A DNA stretch of 41,109 nt, taken from positions 1 to 41,109 of the forward strand of contig UYFQ01000328.1 in assembly GCA_900617105.1 (NCBI GenBank). Direction: 5' to 3'. Below, piece after piece: positions 33,481 through 41,109 of the stretch; the first letter of the stretch is position 1, and each line of letters starts with the position of its first letter. This stretch comes from Hydrurus foetidus (lineage: Eukaryota). The notes beneath the pieces are model-generated. The model did not search any database. It had not been told where the DNA came from and was given only the letters and a program-made list of their open reading frames with translations. The translations under genes were made by a program, and so were the position numbers.

Positions 33481-33568
33481 TTGAAAGACATTTATCTTAA
33501 TCACACTATGTGGTTACTTATTTTCAGATTTAAGTTAATAATAGTAAATGATCTGAATTTTTTTTTCG

Positions 33569-33750
33569 AGAGTTTCCCCTGCAATGTGCAATGAATATGA
33601 TGACCAGCATAGATGAAGTGAACAATAGTTATTGTTATAAAAATGCAAGAGTTCTCCCTGTAATGTGCACTGAGTATGATGATCAGCTCAGATGAAGTAT
33701 GCTATACAGCAATTGTGAAAATAAAAAATAGCAAGAGTTTCCCCTATAAT
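33569..33750 (+). repeat. ~80-bp tandem repeat (2.3 copies) inside the Sola3-like element
   Basis: AGAGTT(T/C)(C/T)CCCT units at 33569, 33648 and 33734 with shared downstream TATGATGA..CAGC..AGATGAAGT. Confidence 0.75.
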
Positions 33751-34985
33751 ACTCAACAGCTATGATTGTTTCCTACCTTCTACACTGTTGCGTAATGCAG
33801 CAGAACGCTTGCCCTATTGCGCAGCAGATGCGCAAGATGAGCAGTCACTGCATGGCGAAAAGACAGCAGCGACTAAGCGACAATAGAGAGGTCACTGCAT
33901 GGCTGCATGATGGCGACGACTGTGCAACAAAAATGGCGACGACTGAGCGCAACAACAGTCGCTGCATGGAGGCCACTGCACCAAAAGCTAACACAGCTTC
34001 TATCCCTACACAAAATAGATGGAGAATAAATTCGCGTATTGAGAGTAATGGCAGCGATGCTAATTATTCCTACCTCGTAAACGCCATGAAAATTAAGATG
34101 GTCGGTCGGCTTTGTTGACCAGTGATGTCATCAGAGTCATACGTCTTGACCTCTCAGAAGCTGGCGGCTATGGTTGCGTTTCAAGCGCGGTTGAGATTCA
34201 GCCGACGCACATTGATTGGGCTGAATCTGCTAGAAAGGAAATGAGCTAGCTCCAATTAGAACTCAGCCGTCAAAAGCAATTCATATTTTCAAAGAGTAAA
34301 TGTCAATCGCTACCTCGTGAGCGCCATGACGATGAAAATGGTTCGTTATGTCGACGATTGATGTCGACGAAGTCGCACGTCTCGACCTGGCTATGATTGT
34401 GCGATGTGTCATTGTTCTGCTTGATCAATTTGATCGATCGATTTGAGTTCGCAAAGAGAACGCCGACAAAATCTTTCATGTCTGCCTCAAATATCGAGTG
34501 GCCTTCAACGAAGTGATATTTTCGAGTACGTTAAGTTGACTTGAATGCTTGCGTTTAACGCTCGAGCGCAGTTTAGCACGAAGTGCGCGATGTTGCCTGC
34601 TGACATCAGTAGATTTGGAGCTACATCTTGAAAGGGTGCAGGCTATATAAGATTAAAGTTCGGGCAGAAAAGATCTTCAAGTTGTTCTTAAAAGATCTTA
34701 AAATTAAATGTAAAACTGTTTGACTTTTTTCTTGTGACACGTTTTTAAGTGGGGAGAAGAGCACGGATAGGGACGGTGACTCTTAAAATAAATAATAAAA
34801 TAAAAAAATATTTAGTGAGGGAATCATGTAACACTCCATAAAAAAGTTTGAAAAGGAAATAAAAAGCTGAGAAGGTGAGAAGTTGATGAAGAGGAGTTGA
34901 GCAGTGAGAAGTTGAGAAGTTGAGAAGCGAGAGTTGAGAGGTGTTCGAGTTTGAGAAGCGGAATTGGAGAAATGAAAGTTTTTAA

Positions 34986-35320
34986 GAGTCACCGGCCCTA
35001 GCCGTGCTCTTTTTTGAGTGTAGAATTTGTTCGTACAGCATACCGGCAGGAAGTTTTCGAGTTTCTCACCAAATTCAATTCTGTAAATTGGGTTCGGTTA
35101 AAATCACCAATATCTACTTGCGTTACCTGCAGGGCATTCGAAAAAAGTTTTCTGTACGTGTGCCACTTTTTTAATACGAAAAATAGTGAGTATTTTCGAA
35201 TTCGGAAAAAGTGCCCTGCAAAAGTTTGGAGTACAAAATTTTATGCTGAACACGAATATCGAAACCGTTTGTTTCAATTCACTGAAATGAGAAACTTCCA
35301 ACCGGTTCAAATTTGAGTGT
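34986..35320 (+). mobile_element. Orphan left end of a second related Sola3-like element (right boundary uncertain)
   Basis: TTAA (34982-34985) followed by GAGTCACCGGCCCTAGCCGTGCTCT; no matching right TIR seen. Confidence 0.7.
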
Positions 35321-35324
35321 AAAT

Positions 35325-35434
35325 AGTAATTTCGACCCGAGACCGTAAAATCGGCCATTGTTTCATCCCGAGGGGCGCAGCCCCTCGGGATGAAACAATG
35401 GCCGATTTTACGATGTCGAGGGTCGAATATTACT
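35325..35434. repeat. Hairpin: perfect 33-bp arms (35344-35376 / 35380-35412) with GCA triloop and imperfect outer extension
   Basis: CGTAAAATCGGCCATTGTTTCATCCCGAGGGGC-GCA-GCCCCTCGGGATGAAACAATGGCCGATTTTACG. Confidence 0.9.
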
Positions 35435-35823
35435 TTTTATTCCGAGAGATCCTTAAAGTCCCGTTACGGTCTTCTTTTGTTGCTAGATGTCTCAGTCAAC
35501 AGCATTTTTGGTACATTATCTTGATGCTTTCTGTTCGAAATTTTGGTCTTTTTTTGAGTGATTTGTCAATATTTTAATTATCAAAAATCAGTTTGCATTT
35601 GTGTAAGTGACATTGTTGCAACCACTGAATGTTACATTTACAACAACACTTTTTGAACTACTAGAGCTCTCATTTGCACTTTTTAAATTACTAGAGCTCT
35701 CATTTGTGGTGTCTCTGTATTCTTTTCCGGCTGGTGTTGCGACTCTCTTCCTGAGTTCTACGCCCTTCTCGTCGATTTGGCATCCTCCAACTGAAAGTAC
35801 GTCAGACGCCTTTCTCTTCATGG

Positions 35824-36032
35824 TGTGGTCGGGCAAATGGAGAAAGGGTGGAAAGAGGAGGTAGGCTTAGTTACAGGTATCTATGCTAGAAGCTAGTTTA
35901 ACTTCTAAGTGGACGCTGTAGATGGCTACGACGATACGACAGCCTAACTGTAGTGTACAGTAGTAGTACCCGGTAGGATCCGGTAGAGTCGGTACCCGAT
36001 AGGATCGGGACCCTGGACCCGGTACTATCACA
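35824..36032 (-). repeat. 3' LTR of Gypsy B (209 bp)
   Basis: Minus strand reads purine-rich AGATAAGTAGGGGTAA then TGTGATAG...CGACCACA. Length and layout parallel LTR A. Confidence 0.7.
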
Positions 36033-36406
36033 TTACCCCTACTTATCTTTCTTTCTTTCGAAAAAAAATCTAAGCTAAATCTAAACTAAATCGAAACCCC
36101 CGTTTCTTTGCAAACTTATTTTTATAACTTAATCGATAAAGAAAATATATCCAAAATTTACAAAATCGAAAATTTGAAAAAATAATAATAAAAGTGAACA
36201 TAGAAAAATATTTACAAAAGAAAACTTGGAGAAAGTTGGGGTTCGATGTAGAAAGATAAGGTGGGGTTGTACAAAACAGTAGAGTACTGTTGTACGAGGG
36301 TCGAAAACGTAATTATGTCAGATTTTTACTGACTAAAAAACCATAAAAATCCCTTAGAAAGGGCAAAAATTAGGCAAAAAATCTTCAAAAGATAATACGT
36401 TCGAAC

Positions 36407-39400
36407 TCAAACCTCATCGGTTGATCCCTCAAGATTCTTGGGAATAAAACGTGACATGTTATTATTCCGCAAGTATACATGGAGTGCTTCACAGAGCCGG
36501 AGATTCTTCCAAGGCTCCCATGTATTATGTGAAGTATCATAGTTGAGCCATTTAACATGGAACGACATGGATGTCGTCTTCTTTGAATCACCAGTGTGAT
36601 TAAGAACTTTCTCAACGAAATACTCCATGTAATCGCGACGTGCTGTATCAGCAGGTATGCCCAACGATGGGATCATAATTGAAAATCTTCAGATTTTCAC
36701 ATGTACACTATTGTGTTTGTGTGTAATTAAGTTCGCGAGAACATACTCGGATCCCTCAAGGGAGACAACACGGAAAGGACCTTTCCACTTTGTGTGTAAT
36801 CGAGTAGGAGGGTGTTCCTGTTTTACAAGAACATATGACCCTATGGGAAACACTGTCACACCTTGTGTGGACTTTTTGTGTTTGTCATCACATTTCTGAA
36901 GAGAACCGATTGCTGCATCGAGGACCTTGTCCTGTATATCGATGAGATCTGTGATGTATGTTGAATTCGAAGATGTCAACGTTGGTAATAGATGAGGTGT
37001 CAAAATACCCCGATTCAAATCAAGTTTATTGCCGAATAAAATCGAAGCAGGACTTTGATTTGTTCGTCGATTAACTGAACTGTTAATGATACGTTGAACA
37101 ATGGTATGCATTTAGCATAATGTTCAAGAGATGGTGTATCAAACACGAGACCTCGTAAGTGTCTATTCACTTCTTTGTTGACCCTTTCTACAATGGCATT
37201 CTCTTGTGAGGAATAAGCCAAAGTGAGATTATGGGGTGTCCCCGTAAGGTCTAAGAACTCTTTAATGAGATCATTAGCGAAGTGGGATCCTCGATCGGAT
37301 CTAATCATATTTGGCGATCCGAATCGACCAAAATGAGTCAGTAAGCATTCACATGCAGACTGAGCTGTAGCATCCTTACACCAGAACATTTCTGTCCATC
37401 TGGAGAAGGTGTCAATTATGACAAGAATATACCCTTTATCAGGGAATGGGCCAATATAATCGATATTTAATGTATCGAAAATCGCATGTGTGGACGTTGA
37501 AAAATGAGCAGCGCTGATATTTGCATCAACTGCACTCAATTTCTGACAGCATGGGCAGTTTCGTATGAACGAGCGTACGTGCTGTTTCATATTTTTCCAC
37601 ACATGGTTAAGACTAAAAAGTCGAGTGAGGGTACGGTCGATGCCGTTGTGACCAACAATTGAATTGTGGCACATTTGAATGTAAACATTCTGTTCATCTG
37701 TCGGCGGTGCAATAACCGTTAAAGCCGAAACTGCAGAAGATGATGATGAAGAAGATGATACTGGAGTATCACTCTCGGACCTGATTGTCTTAGGCAGAGC
37801 AATTTCGGTAAGGTTTGGACATAACCGTGACAGAGCATCGGCAAGTTCATTATCCGACCCTTTGACAAAGTGTACGGTAAAATCAAGTTCTTGCATTGCA
37901 ATGAACCACCGTGTCACCATTGAAGTGGGGTTTTGTTTCATATAAGTCAAATTCATATGATCCGTATGTATGGTAAACTTACGGTCTCGAATGAGATAAT
38001 CGAGTTGTTGGCAACAGAAAAAGATAGCGTAAGCTTCTTTCTGTATTGTCGACCAATTTATTTGTGTTGCCGAGAGAGATTTGCTGATAAAAGCGATTGG
38101 TCTCCATTCGGTGTCGACAATTTGGAAGAGTACACCACCGATGCCATAATCGGATGCATCAGTATATAATCTGATGGGTGAATCATCATTGATGAAGTAC
38201 ATTAAAGGACAACGCGATACCGCGATTTTAGTCTCATGAAATGCCAAAGTCCCCTCGGGGGTCCAATATATTGGGGAACGTTTAAGTGCCGTTGGGTCCA
38301 CCATCATTTGAAGTGGTTTGACCATGTCCGAATGAAACGGTACAAATTGACGAAAGTAGTTGGCTAAGCCAAGAAATCCACGAAGGGATGTTACTTCTTT
38401 AGGAAGAGGGAAGTTGAGGACTGTCTCAATCTTTTCTTTAGACATGGATAACCATCTTTGTCTATGACTCGGCCGACGTATTCAATACGTTTGAGACCGA
38501 ATCTGCATTTCTTTGCTTTGAGCTTAAGATTTTTAAGGCGAAATCTTTCAAAAACGCTGCACAGATTCTTGAGAAACTCTGCTTCGCCCCGTCCATATAC
38601 AATACAGTCATCGAGATACATCTCGCAACAGCGGTATATAAGACCGTAAAGGACCATTGTCACCATCTGCTCCTGAAAGTAAGAGGGGGCTCGACAAGGG
38701 CCAAAAGGCAATCTCGTGAACTGAAACACCCCCCATGAAACATATAAATGCGGTATAGATTCGGTGGGGTGTGTACAGAGGTGCTTGGTGGTAACCCGCG
38801 GTTAAATCCATCACTCCGTAAATATCCGGTTTTTTATTACCGATCCTCTCGAAGAGGTGTTTGATATTGGGTAGGGGAAAGGAGGCCGGCTCAATGCATT
38901 CATTGAGAGCACGATAGTCGATGCAGGTTCGATACGTATCGGCTGTCTTATTTACCATTACAGGATGACTGTAGTATGCAGCGTTCGACCTCTCGATCAC
39001 ACCATCCTCCAGCATTTCTTCAATTGAAGTGCGGAGGTAATGTTCCTTTTTAGAGGATTGTGGGCGCACTGGTGTGCGGTTCGAAGGAACCTCCCATTTT
39101 TGCCTAGGCAAATTGATCTCAAAAGGTTTGAGATGTGCAGCTTGCGGGGCTAGCTTATCACTGAAAATATCAGCGAATTCTGAACAGAGAGTACGCAAAT
39201 CCTTCTGAAGGCTTTCATCCCCCTCAAAATGAATTTGTGACAAAAAAATCATCCGGCCCATTGGGCGGTACATTTCGGCACGTCTTGTCACGCAAGAAAG
39301 GTGCGAAAGTGTCAGTCTTGTCATTGTCAATCTCGTCAACGGAGAGTGCGACACCGCTTGGCCATACGGCTTCCACGTCATAGTCTGATGTAGCAGAGTC

Positions 39401-41109
39401 CCCAGAGGTATGTGTGAGGGTGGGAATCGGGTCACCACCTAGGTGCGGGGTATCACCCGTACGTTTCGCGAGTACAGCCGAGACACTGTCCAGTCGCTGA
39501 CAACCCACATCACCACATGGACTTTGGGTCATGACTCCCTCGGAACCAACCTGGGTAACGCCACACGTGAACGTTGCATGACAGTCTGACCCCACGACTT
39601 CCTTGGTTAGAGGTGCGTGCAAAATGGCCTTCGTTGGTTTTGGCTTCGGGCAAAGGCCGTATGGTTCTCTTTTAAGAGCGAGTTTCGTCTGAGTGATTCC
39701 CTTCAACAAATCATATGTTGGGGTAATCGACTCTACCTCTGGCTCTTCGGGTAGAACTCCCTCCGATATCATACGCCTGGTGTATTTGCTCCAGTGTAGT
39801 GGGTCAAGCTTTGTTATTGCTTCCCTTTCTTGATATTCGCGCCAACGAATATCTCTTTTCCTTTTGTTCTCCGCACTGAGCTCAGGAGAGATACCAAAAG
39901 CAAAAGGTGTTAATGACATAAAATCATATTTATTTACAGTGTTGCGACTTAACAAAAGTTCAATATCTGTATTCCGATTAACTCGCAAGGTTAAAAGGAT
40001 TTTGTGGCATTCGCCGTCATAAGAATGAAACTGGAGAGTTAAATTAATGAGTTCGTTATTTACATAGCAATGGCCATCAAGACCAGAGCAAACAGTTATG
40101 GCTTTAGGAGCCTCATAACAGAGATGCATAGCATTTAATTTTTGAATCATAATGAAAGAAATAAAATCCTCAGAATAATTGGCGGTGTCCAACACGGCCT
40201 TGCCCACGATGCGTCGTACGCTAGTCTGGATGTCCGTATCCTTATCCTGTACCGAAACAGTAACGTTTAAGTAATTAGATGGAAGGGTAGACGGGTCATG
40301 CAAGTATTCATCTTGAATAAGCGTTGGAAGTGTATCGACATGTGAAATGAACGAGACAACATCCGGTAGGTTTAAAATGTCAGATGAACCAACATCATAA
40401 TCATTTATACCTTGATTTTGTCCCGCTGAATCGGAAGACGAGTTGGGGCCCCCCTGGGGTGGGTTGTATTTACCCCCACGGGGATTTTTCCCTTGGTATC
40501 CTCTACCAGCGTTTTGGTTACCCGGGTTATTACCCTGGTAACCGCGGTTATTACCTTGGTAACCGGAATTACCCTGGTTGTTTTGGTTACCCTGGTTGTT
40601 ACCCTGGTTGTTACCTTGGTTGTTACCTTGGTTGTTACCTTGGTTACCGCGGTTATTACCTTGGTTACCTTGGTTACCCTGGTTGGGGTTGTTTTGGTTA
40701 CCCGACCCATGGTTATTCTTTGACTTCTTGTTAGTGAACATCAAGAAGGGAGGGGAACCTGCGGGGTGGTGCCGCTGACGGTTTTCGTAGCCAGGAAGGA
40801 TTAACCGTTCCTGCCACATGGGTTCACCGTTGGCTAACCATGCCTGCCCCACAGCTGATTCAGCCCATTGAATAGAGTGATCATTGTTGGTATCAGTGTA
40901 ATATAACACCGGGCATGCGGGAAGCATGTGAGCAGGACTGCCACACGAGCGGCAGACTCGAGGAGCCACTAGGGGAACCTCCACTGAGGTACGAACCGCT
41001 AGAGAGCTGTTGCCGCTTGGTGGATCCACATCGCGAATCGCGAGTGCACTCTCCCTCTTCTGTGATGAACGTAGAGGGGGTACTGCGGTACTCGGGAACG
41101 AGTAGACAA
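36407..41109 (-). pseudogene. gag-pol: Gypsy B gag-pol polyprotein, broken only by single-base frameshifts
   Basis: Overlapping ORFs 39224..41029, 38608..39438, 38391..38729, 37015..38445, 36689..37111 and 36407..36676. Confidence 0.9.
40490..40702 (-). repeat. 9/12-bp coding tandem repeat giving (NQGN)n / RGYQG low-complexity Gag tail
   Basis: Repeated TTACC(C/T)TGGTTG on the + strand; translation NQGNQGNNRGNQGNNQGNNQG. Confidence 0.9.

Larger units (their letters stand above)
30752..34782 (+). mobile_element. Sola3-like DNA transposon, internally deleted
   Basis: TTAA at 30748-30751 and 34783-34786. 25-bp TIR GAGTCACCGTCCCTAT(T/C)CGTGCTCT with GAG...CTC termini. Confidence 0.85.
35824..41109 (-). 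mobile_element. Ty3/Gypsy chromovirus-type LTR retrotransposon B (5' part outside window)
   Basis: Gag CCHC knuckle (CRSCGSPAHMLPAC), protease (LDTA), RT (DLTAGYHQ, YLDD), RNase H, integrase, chromodomain, PPT and LTR. Confidence 0.95.

Noticed and set aside
34757..35011. Apparent 250-bp MITE with GAGCACGG...CCGTGCTC TIRs
   Set aside because: It has no TSD. It is better explained as the right end of one Sola3-like element and the left end of another, each bounded by TTAA.
40384..40778. Alternative-frame ORFs (PWLL, VTLV, GCYL repeats)
   Set aside because: They are shadow frames of the Gag NQGN repeat.

Overview
This is eukaryotic genomic DNA, most likely from a photosynthetic stramenopile (inferred from short GT-AG introns with CTAAC/CTGAC branch points, a bipartite plastid-type presequence, a Rac GTPase and a Crypton-type recombinase). 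A small island of three host genes at about 8.7-17.0 kb (Rac GTPase, helicase-associated-domain repeat protein, MORN-repeat protein) is flanked by two dense transposon nests. Left nest (1-8.5 kb): an intact-looking PIF/Harbinger element sits in the chromodomain of a Ty3/Gypsy chromovirus, which sits in a Copia element, which abuts an old Gypsy RT remnant; a 1,820-bp tandem duplication covers part of this. Right nest (17.2-41.1 kb): two foldback MITEs (one a perfect 242-bp palindrome), a 5.1-kb element with ~450-bp TIRs, CAC...GTG ends and a Sola2-like transposase, a P-like non-autonomous element, an intron-containing tyrosine-recombinase (Crypton-like) gene, a TTAA-flanked Sola3-like element, a GCA-triloop hairpin and a second chromovirus. 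The most novel-looking signals are the CAC...GTG long-TIR element, the recombinase flanked by paired TTCCCGCC inverted motifs, and the identical CCATGA flank after both chromovirus 3' LTRs. All family assignments come from motif recognition by eye; no searches were run.
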